Source: Chrysochromulina tobinii (Eukaryota). Taken from it: DNA of 60,084 nucleotides. Below are positions 43,257 to 54,658 of the stretch, piece after piece. The DNA lies in contig JWZX01003344.1 of assembly GCA_001275005.1 (NCBI GenBank), forward strand, positions 1 through 60,084, read 5' to 3'. The number at the start of each line of letters is the position of its first letter. Position 1 is the first letter of the stretch. The position numbers and the translations under genes were made by a program. Below the pieces are notes generated by a model that saw nothing but the letters and a program-made list of their open reading frames with translations, was not told the DNA's origin and searched no databases.

Positions 43257-44402
43257 TCACTCGTTCGCATCTAGGAGGCGCTCGCCACAGCGCGTGAGCA
43301 GCCGGCGGCACTGCTGTCGCGTCTCGCTCTCGAGCACGCGCCCAAAATGGAGGATCCCAAAGAAGAGGATGGGGCGCAGGATGATCGGCGAGCCTTCGGC
43401 GGCGGCGAACGAGAGTAGAAGCGCGCCCGCCCAGCGCTGCTCCTCAAAAGGCAATCCCCTATGCTGCACCCACGCCGCACGCACCGACGTAGCCACGCCC
43501 AGTGCCCCGGGGCATGCAAGGCCTACTAGAAGTCGATCGCACCAAGGGCGCCACCAGCGTCCGAATTCGCGGTGCGGGTGCAGCCGTAGGATCCGGTACA
43601 GCGGGCGGTGCGGCTCAAAGGGCAGCAGCGCACCGAGGACTACGAGCAGCAGCAGCGCCGTCATGGTCACCGCCCGCACGACGCGCTCGCTCTGCAGCCA
43701 TGCCGCCAACGGGGCGCGCTCCGTTCGGTAACGAAACCCGCACTGGTCGCACTGGTAAAATGAGCGCGGGTTGGCCGAGGCGGCACGCCACTCATTCAGG
43801 CATGCCGCGTGCACGTAGCGCACCGAGCCTCGGCACCGACACGGCGCGAGCAGCCGACCCGCTTCTTCACCACAGAAGCAAATGCGGCATACACGCTCCT
43901 CCTCAGGAATGAAATCCTCGGCCGGCGCGGCAGTCGCCGGCGGAGGTGGCTGGGTCGGCGCTGTTCGCTGGGCGCCGGCTGCCGCAGCTCGCGCGATGGC
44001 TCGTAGGGCCTCCGCGGCATCGTCGTCTGCCTGTGGCCGCGGGACAGCCTCGCCATCGCCGCCTGTGGTGGGCAAGAAACGCTCCCACGCGGCGGCCACC
44101 TGCTCGCGAGTCGGCAGCACGAGGCGACGCGGCGGGGCCATGCCGTTGGTGGTCGTCGCCGAGGGCAGCACGGCCGCAAGCACGACCACAGGTGCGGCGC
44201 GAAGGATCTCCAGTAGCTCGGCGTCTTCGAGCATGCGGCCCTTGTGCGCGATGTGGAGGCGCACGGCCGCGGCAGGCGCCGCTCCAATATCGACGAGTCG
44301 TTGCTTGAGCGCACGCACATCGGACGAGGCCGAGACGACGATGCTCGAGAGGAGCGTGCTGCGCACGTCCTTGACCTGCAGCGTGAAAGTGCCGTCGTCC
44401 AT
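43257..44402 (-). CDS. Ubiquitin-like domain + RING-CH + transmembrane protein (MARCH-like E3 ligase)
   Basis: N-terminal UBL-like segment (VRALKQRL...LHIAHKGRMLED), CRICFC...LLAPCRCRGSVRYVHAACLNEWR...CDQC, and C-terminal hydrophobic helices. Confidence 0.85.
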   Translation of the reverse strand: MDDGTFTLQVKDVRSTLLSSIVVSASSDVRALKQRLVDIGAAPAAAVRLHIAHKGRMLEDAELLEILRAAPVVVLAAVLPSATTTNGMAPPRRLVLPTREQVAAAWERFLPTTGGDGEAVPRPQADDDAAEALRAIARAAAAGAQRTAPTQPPPPATAAPAEDFIPEEERVCRICFCGEEAGRLLAPCRCRGSVRYVHAACLNEWRAASANPRSFYQCDQCGFRYRTERAPLAAWLQSERVVRAVTMTALLLLVVLGALLPFEPHRPLYRILRLHPHREFGRWWRPWCDRLLVGLACPGALGVATSVRAAWVQHRGLPFEEQRWAGALLLSFAAAEGSPIILRPILFFGILHFGRVLESETRQQCRRLLTRCGERLLDANE

Positions 44403-44590
44403 GGTTATGAATACAAGTTTCACTTTCTTCGTGTGAACACCGAAACCCCTACCAGGGTGAGAACGATCAACGCGACTGTGATACACTCGCCCGCAGGGGC
44501 AAGCAGGGGGTGGGCACTTCTCTCTATTCAGTTCTCTCTATCGTACGCAATAATCTCGCCGCCACCGAAATACTCCTGGAGTCTGAGACA

Positions 44591-47222
44591 CTACAGTACG
44601 TCGCCGCCAGTCCAATCGCTGCCGTGCGTGAGCAGTGTCGCGCCGTACGGCGTGGACCGCCCGTCGTCGTTGCCGTTGAACGAGTCGTAGTACGTGAAGG
44701 CGACGTCGTCGTCGGTGAGCGCGGGGCCGCCGGGCGGGTTGTCAGCGTTGTTGGTCACTCGGACGACTAGGCTCGTCGACGAGACGGGTGCGGGTAGCCC
44801 TGGACTCGCACACACGAGGCGCTGGGGGCCGCCCCCGCCTTCAGTGGCGAGCGTTGCGGGCACGAGCTCGAGGCCACCGAAGCGGCAGTGAAGCCCCGCC
44901 GCCGTGGGCACATCTGTGTGGCGTCCGTGGCCGAGGTCGCGGAAGCCGACGCCCCAGACGGTGACAGGCGTGCCGCCCTGCCGTGGACCGCCGCGCGGGT
45001 AGATGCGCGACACCGCCACGCCCGCATCTGTGTGGTATGCGAAGCGCACGCCGCTTGAAGTGAGGGCATGCATTTGGCCGTTGATGGTCACCTCGACCGT
45101 CCGCTCGTCATAAGTGCCGCCGAAGGCGTCGTCCACATACGACGAGGCATTCGGCGTTCGCTGCGGTGAATAGCAGCGCACATGTTCACGGTCGACGAGC
45201 GATGCCGGTACCGGCGACTCCCCGCCAAACTTGCAGAAGAGCCCGCCGACGTCGTCAAAGCCGGTGCCGCGCACGCGCACGAGGGTGCCTCCCTGCTCGG
45301 GCCCCCCCGGCGGCTCGAGGCGTGCGACGCTCAGCCCGATTTGGGTATCGTCGAGCTTGTAGTACGTGTAACCGCCGCCGAACTGGCGGGTGGGCAGGTA
45401 GTCCTGGCCGTTGAGGGTGAGCTCGACCTCGACGCGCTGCGAGCTGAGCGGCACCACATTGTCGGCGTGCAGCCAGTGCGCTGGCGAGACACATCGGATG
45501 CTTTGCTCCTCGTCGATGGTCGCGTTGACTTCCTCGTTGAGAGGGCCGAAGCGGCATCGGACGTCCCCGAGGGACGAGAATCGCAGGCCGCGCGCCACAA
45601 GGGACGTGTTGCCCGTGAGCGGCCCACCGGACGGCTCGATCCGGTGGAGCTTCCACACCGTGTCGTCATAGTACCGAAACGGAAGGCCGCCGTCAGTGAA
45701 GTCGAACCCGTTCACCGTCACCTCGACATTGACGTCTCGCCCGTCGAAGGAGCTCTCATACTGCGGCGAGAGCTGCGTGTCGAGCGGTGGCGGCAGCGGC
45801 GGCACGCGGCAGCTGACGGCGCCCCAGCCGGCGCCGCACGTGCGTTGGCCACGGCAGTCCGTGAGCGACGCATTGACGACCTCATGCACCACGTGTTGCC
45901 GCTCGAAGCCCAACACGCCGACGGTACGCGTGTGTGTGAAGCGGCAGAGGACTCCGTGAGCGTCGCCTCCGAGGTCCACGAGCAGCCGTGCGTCGGTCAG
46001 GTACACCGTGAGCACGGTCCCGCCGTGGATCGGGCCGCCGAGCGGGTGCAGCCGCGACGTATTGAACGCGGGCGGCGCGTAGTACGTGTACGGCACGCCG
46101 GAAGACGTGAGCGTACCTGTGGGGAGGAGAGGGCGCCGTAGTGAGCACTTGCATGCAGCTGGCCAGGCTCCAAGGGGAGCCGTATTGAGCACTTGCATGC
46201 AGCTGGCCAGGCTTCAAGGGGAGCCGTATTGAGCACTTGCATGCAGCTGGCCAGGCTCCAAGGGGAGCCGTATTGAGCACTTGCATGCAGCTGGCCAGGC
46301 TCCAAGGGGAGCCGTATTGAGCACTTGCATGCAGCTGGCCAGGCTTCAAGGGGAGCGTACCAACGGTGTCATAGCCGTTGAACGTGAGCTCCAGAGGCAT
46401 GGGGTGCAGCACCGACGCATTGGCGCCCACGCCGCCGGGCCACGTCAGGTCGGTCGGCGCGATGCAGCGTGCGCCGGCCTTGTCGCGACTGTCGCCCATG
46501 GCCCACAGGTATGCATGCACCATGTCGTTCTCGCCGAACTTGCACTTGAGGCCCTGCAGGCGCACGCCCATGGCCGTGCCCGACGAGAGGTCGCGCAGCG
46601 CGTGGCCGCGCACGAGCAACGGCGTCGCGCCCGCAGCCGGCCCACCCGCGGGCGTGATGTGCGAGACGGCGACGTACCGCATGTCGTAGTACGTAAACTG
46701 CAAACCGCTGCCGGTGAAGGTCACGCCGTTCATCGACACCTCGAGCGGCACCGTCACGTGCGTCTCCTCCTGCCCGCGCACGCACGTCGGAGAGGTGCAT
46801 CCGGGTGACGCGCACTCGATCGTGGTCTCATTCGCCAACAGAGCCTGGACCTCGTCCTCACCGAAGCGACACTTGACGTCGCCCAGGTCTTGGAAGGCGA
46901 TGCCCGTCACCGTTACCGCCGTGCCGCCGGTGAACGGCCCGCCGAGCGGAAAGAGCTGCCGTACGTGGCAGGCGGCAATGCTGTGCCCTCCCGTGCTGCC
47001 GTCCAAGTGGTGCTCACCCGTGCTGCCGACAAAGTACGGCCGAGGGATGTCCGGTGGCGGTGTTGCAGGTGGCGCTGTGGGCGGCAGTGATGGTGGCAGT
47101 GCAGGCGGCAGGTCTGGTGGCAGCCTCGGTGGCAAGGAAGGCGAGGTGATGCTTCCGCTGACCGAGGCGACGACGAGCGCGAGGGCGACGGATGAGAGCA
47201 GCTCTTGTCGCCAAGCCGCCAT
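44591..47222 (-). CDS. Secreted or surface protein with tandem IPT/TIG domains (~795 aa); intron 46117-46360
   Basis: Signal-like N-terminus and about 6 repeats of PxGGPxxGGTxVxVxGxxF...CRFG...C...VEVTxNG...FxYY. Confidence 0.85.
46143..46356 (+). repeat. 44-nt minisatellite (GAGCACTTGCATGCAGCTGGCCAGGCTCCAAGGGGAGCCGTATT, about 5 copies) inside the IPT/TIG intron
   Basis: Copies start at 46143, 46187, 46231, 46275 and 46319 and are near-identical. Confidence 0.95.
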
Positions 47223-47322
47223 TGGCGAATAGTTCACAGTTCACTTTTACGACCTCCCTCAACTTTCAATAACTTGAATTCATGAACGCACCAGCGTGAA
47301 CGTTCTGGGATTTGTACGTGTA

Positions 47323-47604
47323 ATGTCGTCGCGTCGCGGCGCTCTGGCAGCGAAGTGTGGCGCCAAGCTCGGCCTGCAGCACTTTGTGATGCGGAGCGAA
47401 GGCCGCAAGCTCTACCGCGATGTGTTGCGTGCGCTCAAAGGCGTCGATGCCGACACCGCTGCCGGGGTGAAGCAGGCAGCGCGAGAGCGGTTTGCGGAGC
47501 ACACCGACGAGACCAACTTGGAACGGCTGCGCACGCTTCTAGTGGACGGCCGGCATTCGCTCAACGAGATGAAGCAGTTCATGGTCACCGCCGTTGTGCG
47601 ATGA
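47323..47604 (+). CDS. LYR-motif mitochondrial protein (LYRM2-like)
   Basis: LQHFVMRSEGRKLYRDVLRAL...ARERF, 93 aa. Confidence 0.8.
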   Translation: MSSRRGALAAKCGAKLGLQHFVMRSEGRKLYRDVLRALKGVDADTAAGVKQAARERFAEHTDETNLERLRTLLVDGRHSLNEMKQFMVTAVVR

Positions 47605-47920
47605 CGCAGCGTGACTAGGAAGTAGGCACCTAGTGTTCGAGCTATCGATGTAGGATGCAGTATTAGCAGACTGATGATGGTTCCTTAGCATAGAAACAGA
47701 AGCGGGTTCAAGGAAACACGTGTTCGTCCTTGCACACACACGACACCATCACACATGCAACTCGCGTCTGTGCGTATGCGCGCACCGTCGAGCTAACGAG
47801 CACACACATTGCATTGGGATATGATGCACGGCAGCGTGCACAGGCCAAAGCCCAAGCGCCGCTCGCCACGGTGGCGGACGGCGCCGGGCCGCTGCCGCCC
47901 CTGCCATCCTCTTTGCCATC

Positions 47921-50209
47921 CTAGAAGTTGCGCGAGAAGGCGCGGATCTCGCTCATGAGCGTGGGGATCGAGAGCGCAAAGTGCGCAAAGGGCGCTCCTT
48001 GCGGGTAGGCGGTCTTCACGAGGTCGAGGAAGCGTGTATAATAGAGGAGGAGCTGGGTCAGTACCTGCTTGAGAATGTCCTGGCCGAGGTGGAAGTTGGG
48101 GAAGGACTTCATCACCTCGCGGTTGACCGTCTCGATGCCCTGCTTCCACGTGTCGTAAAAGGAGCGGATGAGGTGCTCCATCCCGCCCACGTCGACGCGA
48201 GACCGATCCGCCTGCCCACCCGTGATCAGCAACGGCTCCGTCGTCTTGATGTAGTTGATGAGGGCGCCGTAGTCGACGGCGAGGCACTCCTCGACGAAGA
48301 GAGCCTTGACGCTGTCGAGGAGCTGCTCGAAGCGTGCGGACTCGTCGCCGCGCGCGCCGCGCTCGTTGAACGTGGATGCGATGAGCTCGTAGCTGTTCAC
48401 GAGGAAAGCGGATTGGCTCTTGCGTGTGGCGAGGAGCCCGGCAAGACGCTCCTGCAGAAGCCGCTCGACCTCGACGCGCAGCGCGCGGTGGATCGCCGCC
48501 ATCTGCGGCCCATACTGCGGCGGGTTGAGCTTACGGAGCGACGAGGCGAGCTCGGCGTACCTGATGAGGGAGGCCATCAGAGGTCATCAGAGGCCATCAG
48601 AGGTCATCAGAGGTCATCAGAGGTCATCAGAGGCCATCAGAGGTCATCCGAGGTCATCAGAGTTCATCAGAGGTCATCAGAGGTCGTCAGAGATCATCAG
48701 AGGTCTTCAGAGGTCATCAGCGGGCAGCTCGGCGTACCGGCGCGCGATGTAATGGGGATGGACTTCGGGTGGGGCTTTGGGCGCCACCGTCGCGAGCGAG
48801 GCGACGTGCGCCTCCATGATCTGCTTGAAGCGTGACCATACGAGAGCCTGCCCCTGGTGGAAGAAGTTGGAGAGCAGCGGCAGCTGCGTCGCCGAGAGGG
48901 TCTCAGTCAGGCGAGGCATGAGCTCGAGCACAAGCACGCATGCGATCGCATCCCATGTGGAGATGAGGTAATGCTCCAGGTGCTCCATGCAGTGGAAGAG
49001 GCCCTTGCCGAAGATCTGCTCGAAGGCGTCCGCGTCGCCGAAGAATTCGAGCATGAACGAGTGCTCGCTCCTCGCCATGTCGATCAGCAACATCGAGTAC
49101 GAGCGGAAGACCGCCTCATAGAAAATGCCGCCCTCCCCGCTGCTGCTGCTGCCCGGCACGCCGCCCTGCTGCAACACTGCAGGGATGAGGGGCGGATCGC
49201 GCACCTGCTCCAGGATATTGATCCGCTCGCCGAGCTTGTACGCCTGGTCGCCGCGCGCGGTCGCGGGCTTGGGGCCGCCGGTGCCTAATGCGGATGAGAG
49301 CCCTCCGAAGAAAGACGAGACGGAGGCGGTCGAGAGGGACGGTCCGGCGGCATTCCACTCCTCCGCACCAAGCAGGTCGGACTTGGTGGCGGGCTCGGTG
49401 CGCGCGCGCGAGAGCTCGGCGAGGTATCCCTTCACCTTGACCAGGTAGATGGCGGACATGGTCGTCGTGTACACCTCCTTGACCTCGAGTGCCGTCTCGG
49501 GTGCGTGCTCTAACAGGAAGTGGTACAGCCCCTTGTATTTGAGGAGGACCGACTGCTGCAGGATCTGGATGTTGGTCATCTTCTTGCGCAGCATGCCCAC
49601 GCGCTCCAGCAAGAACTCGCGGATCTTCTGCACCGACTTGGTGCGCAGCTTCTCGAGCTCGGGCGCCATGTCCATGCACGCCGACGTCATCTTGGTCGAC
49701 TCTTGCTTGGAGAAGGTGACCTTCTTGTTGAGCTCGAGGACGTACGCGAGATAGGTTTCGTTGACGTCGGCGTCGCAGATGTTGGAGATCAGGTCGGGCG
49801 TCACCACGATCTGCTGGATGAAGGACGAGAGCTCCGCCTCCGCCGCCTTGCGGTTGCGCAGCTTGACGTTCATTGCGAGCGACTCGTCCTGCAGGTACTT
49901 GATCTGCGCTGAGATGGAGGAGAGGTCGCCCTGGAAGCCGCGCAGCATCGACTCCATCGAGTCGAGCACAGTGTCGCACTGCCGAATTTGCGTGTGCAGG
50001 CCCGCGAGCGACTCGCTCTCGCAGATGTAGTCCTGAATCGAGTCGCGCTCGACGCTGCGCAGGGCGGACTCGACCTCGAGCGCGTACTGGCGCAGGTCGG
50101 TGCCCTTGGAGAGTGCCTCCTGCACCGCTGTGTCCGCGCGGAACTCGTCAATGTCGAACTCGTCTTCGAGGTCCTCCACGTCGAGATCTTTCTCAGTGGA
50201 GCGCGACAT
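47921..50209 (-). CDS. VPS52: Vacuolar protein sorting 52 (GARP/EARP subunit); intron 48561-48737
   Basis: VQEALSKGTDLRQYA, LHTQIRQCDTVLDSMESMLRGFQGDL, PELEKLR, PHYIARR|YAE and LTQLLLYYTRF match VPS52. Confidence 0.92.
48575..48720 (+). repeat. 10-nt satellite (CATCAGAGGT, about 14 copies) in the VPS52 intron
   Basis: Directly visible tandem array. Confidence 0.95.
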
Positions 50210-50374
50210 GTTGTCGCCTAGCACAAAGTTGAAGACCGTGCTTTCACGTTCACAGTTGACTTTTTCCATCGATTTTTTGAAGCTGACTGGAATGACTTAT
50301 TCCTGCCGGTCTTCCGCTAAGGCTCACAACGACGATGTCACTGACAAGGCCCGCTTCTGGACCCCCGGGGATGA

Positions 50375-51217
50375 TCAAGCAAACGGCTGGCCCACCAGCC
50401 GGGCGAATTCGTCGGGCTTCTCTGCATGCACCCAGTGGCCGGCCTCGAGCCACGCCGTCTGCGGCTCGGCGCCCGGGAATAAACGATCGAAGGCCTCGCG
50501 AGCGCCCGCCGCTGTGCAGTAGGGTGACCGGCGGCCGGCGATGAGGCGCGCAGGCAGCGTGGCGGGGGCTGGCGGCAGGTGCGCAGGCCAGCCCGCCAGC
50601 ACGCCCGTCCTGGCGGCCGCGATGAGCCCATGCAAGTTGAGTCGGAATCGTCGCTCCTCGGGTACCAGGTTTTGCAGCAGGAAGGCGCGGATGCCTGCCT
50701 CGGCAACGCCAGCCTCGCGCAACGCGGCGTCCGCGTCGCCGCGGGTTCCGAGGACGGCCTCGGGGAGCGCACCCATCGCCTCCATGATCGTCAAATTTGC
50801 CCTCCAGCCCTCGTGAGCCATGCTGTATTCGATGGGCGCGATGTCGGCGACGATGAGCTGCTCTACCCTTGCTGGATGGGCCAGCGCGGCGGCCATCACC
50901 ACTTTGCCGCCGAGTGAATGGCCGCACAGCACAGCACGCTCGGCCCCGAGGCTGTCGAGCAGCTCGACTATGTCCTCTGCCATCGCTTCAGCGCTCGCGT
51001 CATCATCCCACGGGCTGGCTCCATGATTGCGCAGGTCAGCAAGCACAACCGAACGCGTTGCGTTGAGCTTGCGCGAGAGCGTGTTGAAGTTGGAGCTCGA
51101 GCCAAAGAGGCCGTGCAGCACCACCAGCGGAGCCGCGTCGAGCGAGGGATGCTGCGCTGGGATCACTCGGCGGTGCAGGTGAACGTGGCGCCGAAGGACG
51201 AGGAGTCGTCCCGCCAT
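50375..51217 (-). CDS. Alpha/beta hydrolase, ABHD11/YbfF-like esterase
   Basis: LHGLFGSSSNF, DLRNHGAS, nucleophile elbow GHSLGG and AGHWVHAEKP. The N-terminus is Arg-rich and transit-peptide-like. Confidence 0.9.
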   Translation of the reverse strand: MAGRLLVLRRHVHLHRRVIPAQHPSLDAAPLVVLHGLFGSSSNFNTLSRKLNATRSVVLADLRNHGASPWDDDASAEAMAEDIVELLDSLGAERAVLCGHSLGGKVVMAAALAHPARVEQLIVADIAPIEYSMAHEGWRANLTIMEAMGALPEAVLGTRGDADAALREAGVAEAGIRAFLLQNLVPEERRFRLNLHGLIAAARTGVLAGWPAHLPPAPATLPARLIAGRRSPYCTAAGAREAFDRLFPGAEPQTAWLEAGHWVHAEKPDEFARLVGQPFA

Positions 51218-51349
51218 GCGAAAGGGACACAGTGTTTGAGGAGACCTGTGAATGGGCTGTTAATAATCAGAAGCCTACTCGGAATCTTCGTTTCGAAAAA
51301 ATGCACGTCGGAACGATGTGCGCTGACTGAAAGCCTGATTCTGAGCACT

Positions 51350-51955
51350 TAGACGCGGAGCGCAGCTCGGTGCGCGGCCGAAAAGGCCGCAGCGAAGAAC
51401 ACAACGGCCGAGAAGGCCGCAGAGGCAAAGGCAGCCGCCGAGAGAGCCGCAGCTGAGAGGGTCCAACTGTGGTCGCGCTTCGGTGTGAGATGCGGTCTAG
51501 ATGGCAGCCGCTGAGGAGGCGGTGGCCGAGGCCAAGGCGGCGGCCGAGAAGGTGGTTGACGAGGCCTCAGCCGCGGCCAAGAAGGCAGGCGCCAATAAGG
51601 CAGCCGCCGAGAGGCAGCCGCTGAGAAGGCAGCCGCCGTGAAGGCCGTGAAGGCAGCCGCCGTGGCAAAGGCAGCCGCGTTGAAGGCAGCCGCCGAGAAG
51701 GCAGCCGCCGAGAAGAAAGCCGCCGAGATGGCAACAGCCTTGAAGGCCGCGACCGAGGCATAGGCAGCGGCCGAGGCCAAGGCAGCCGCCGAGAAGGCGG
51801 CGGCCGAGAAGGCGTCGGCCGAGAAGGTTGCGGCGGAGAAGGCGGTGGCGGAGAAGGCCGCGGTCGAGAAGGCCGCGGCGCAGAAGGCCGCGGCGGAGAA
51901 GGCCGTGGCGGAGAAGGCGGCAGAGGCCGAGAAGAAGGCGGTTCCCCAACTTCGG
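51350..51955 (+). pseudogene. Degenerate (AAAEK)n-encoding repeat region, probably a decayed coding sequence
   Basis: 15-nt GAGAAGGC(A/C/G)GCCGCC units. The 3' part reads EKAAAEK... in frame; the 5' part is broken by stops and indels and has no long ORF. Confidence 0.5.
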
Positions 51956-52929
51956 TACGCTCGTGGATGCAGACGTGCTTGTGATCAGCCTCAGCTCACT
52001 CTCGTACACGGCTGCGCTCCTGCGTGTGGGTGGCACCGTGGTCGCGCCCAGCTGCATGCACGCTTTCTCGATCTTTGTGCCCTTGGCGCACTGGGAGCTC
52101 GCCGAGGGCTGCCCAGTCTCAAGGGATGAGGCCTTGGTGGAGGGCTTCGCGGACGAATCATTCTCACGTGACCAAGGGCGCAGGCTCAGTCGAACGAGAC
52201 GTGGGGCGGGCAGCTGGCCTCCGCCACTGCCGAGCTTTTGCTGATTGGAGGGTCGTGTGTAGGTCGTGTGTAGAAATCTGTGCCATGGCACCAAAGGCAA
52301 CATTGGGTTCAAGTTAGTACATGCCCGATGCCCGTGAAAACGAAATTCAGCTGTAAGTATAACTCTTAAGAAAATATTCTCCTGTACGGTGTGTTGGAAA
52401 CGGCAGACCGCAATGAAAAACTGAAGTTTGGACGTAGATAAGTTGAACGAACAAAAGTGAGCATACCGCATACGTTATTGCGGCAGCGCGGCGACGTCGA
52501 ACCCGCGATGACGAACCACACCGGAGTGCGAGACGACAATCGCATGAAACGCGCGGTGCAGAAAATGGACGAACGGGAAGCAACAGAGAAAGATGTCAAT
52601 TGTCATTCTCGATGCGCTTGGTGTATGGTGAAAGACTGAGTGCGATCTCTGAAGATTAGATTGTTCAGCTCTCACAATATCGTGTTTTAACTTTGCTCAT
52701 ATTAGTCCAGCGCACGCTCGAGAATCTCATGGCAGGCGAGCTCTGCATGTAATTGACAAACAACATTACCGACCTCGATACGGAGATTTTCGAGCGCGAC
52801 ATGGATTTCAAAACAAAAAGTTGATGAATGAACGGCTGCACAAAATAAATCTGCATCCCAAAAATTCTTGAGACGCCGCTGCCACCTGTATCCGGATAGC
52901 ACGACTCGTTCCCCTTGTCAACCTCCGAA

Positions 52930-53379
52930 ATGAAGCTCACACTCATCGTCTTGGGCATTGTGGCTCAACGCTGCGCGTCGCCGCCGCCGTCGACGCCGCC
53001 GCCCCCCTCGCTGCCTCCGCCGTCGCCGCCGTCGCCGTCACCGCCGCCCCCGTCGCCGTCGCCGCCGCCCCCGTCGCCGTCGCCGCCGCCGTTGCCGCCG
53101 CCCCCGTCGCCGCCGCCTCCATCGCCGCCCCCGCTTCCGCCGCCCCCGTCGCCGCCGCCTCCCTCTCCGCCACCGCTTCCGCCGCCCCCGTACCAGTTCA
53201 CGTGGTACGAGACGGCCGCCGCGGTGGCCGTCTTCTTCGCCATGCTCGGCGTCGTTGGGTGCCTCATCTACGTGGCAGTCAAGCACCGCATCTGCTGCCC
53301 CAAGAAGGATCTCTCGGTGCCTGCCACCCCGGCGGATGTGCAAATGACGGATGTGAAAGTGACAATGAGCACTGCATGA
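52930..53379 (+). CDS. Small extensin-like (SPPPP) single-pass membrane protein (149 aa)
   Basis: Signal-like MKLTLIVLGIVAQRCA, about 75 aa of Ser/Pro repeats and TM AAAVAVFFAMLGVVGCLIYVAV followed by KHR. Confidence 0.8.
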   Translation: MKLTLIVLGIVAQRCASPPPSTPPPPSLPPPSPPSPSPPPPSPSPPPPSPSPPPLPPPPSPPPPSPPPLPPPPSPPPPSPPPLPPPPYQFTWYETAAAVAVFFAMLGVVGCLIYVAVKHRICCPKKDLSVPATPADVQMTDVKVTMSTA

Positions 53380-54590
53380 ACCACGGCGTCCGAGTGAAGA
53401 AAAGACATGCCGCTGCGCAGTGCCGACATGGCGTCCAAGTGAAGATACGCCGCGGAGTGCCGACATGAGCTGAGGGCAAGACACGGGAGCATGCGTGTGA
53501 CGAAACCGGGGGGCACGCGGACGGCGGGAGCACACGGGAGCATGCGAGCCGAAGGCGGCGCGTGTGCCGCATGCTCTGAGCCGCAGGGGGGGAGGAGGGA
53601 GCTGATGAGGGTCGCAATCGGCATGCTCTCAGCTGCAGCAGGGGGAGGAAGGAGCTGATGAGGGTCGCAATCGGCATGCTCTCAGCCGCAGGGGGGGAGG
53701 AGGGAGCTAATGGACACGAGCCAGAACATGCTGCATGCGTGCTCGCCTTTAAGTGTATGAGAATGTTGGTGAGGATACGTGGATACGTGTCCACGTCATC
53801 GTACCCGGCACTTCGTACGCATGCACGAGCATGTGGACACGGCTGCGGCAGGGAGGCGGGTAGCATTTGCAAGTCGGGCTCGTCGTTGCGACTTGCATGT
53901 GCATGGTCGGGGCGTCTAGGGGCGTCCCCTGTCCAGTGTCATCTGTGGCGTGTGGGTGGCGCTGGCCGGGGCGGGGGGGCACGGGCAGGAGGGGAGTTGG
54001 AGTATGAGGTTCATTAATACGAGTCCGATTTAATCCATTTCGAGCATGTTTTTAGGTTTAATTAAATTAATTAGATATGTGGATAAAACCTCATAAATTA
54101 ACTACATACTTTCAGATGAATCAAATGGAAGAGGGAAGTTCGAAGCATAGTGACGATCGATCGTGGAATCTGGAGATCCGCCTAATACTCAAGTTAACAA
54201 ACCGCAAATAACCGCCGTAACCAGAGCCGCCAAAACAGCTGGCGTGGGACCTGGGTTTCCGCTGAGTTTCAGTTTGACGGAGAGCGGCCGTGAAACTGAA
54301 AGCGGCTGAGCTTTTCACCGCGCAGCCGACAGTGTCACCACCCACACTGACACCACGCTGGACTTCGCCGCGCTCTCATTGATAGGTCCGTCTAAAGTCT
54401 CAAGCATGATGTCATGTCGTGTGACTTTAAGTCATGATTACAATCATGATCGCCACATGATGAGCGCCTCAGATCCCTCTGGCAACAGCGCAGTGACGAG
54501 TGAGAACACAGTATACAGAGTACACGCACCGCGCATGATCCACAAATGTGCAACGAGCTTCACAATTGAGCTGTAATGGCCGCGGGCCGA

Positions 54591-54632
54591 TCCGTCAAGT
54601 TCCGTCAAGTTCCGTCAAGTTCCGTCAAGTTC
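54591..54632 (+). repeat. 10-nt tandem repeat (TCCGTCAAGT x4)
   Basis: Directly visible. Confidence 0.85.
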
Positions 54633-54658
54633 CAAGGGCAACCGTCTCAGAACGCCGC

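Noticed and set aside
46143..46356. Regularly spaced 44-nt repeats resembling a CRISPR array
   Set aside because: The units abut with no unique spacers, lie in a spliceosomal intron and have no cas genes nearby.
53560..54140. ~60-nt duplication and AT-rich patch as a transposon end
   Set aside because: No terminal inverted repeats, target-site duplication or transposase ORF were found.
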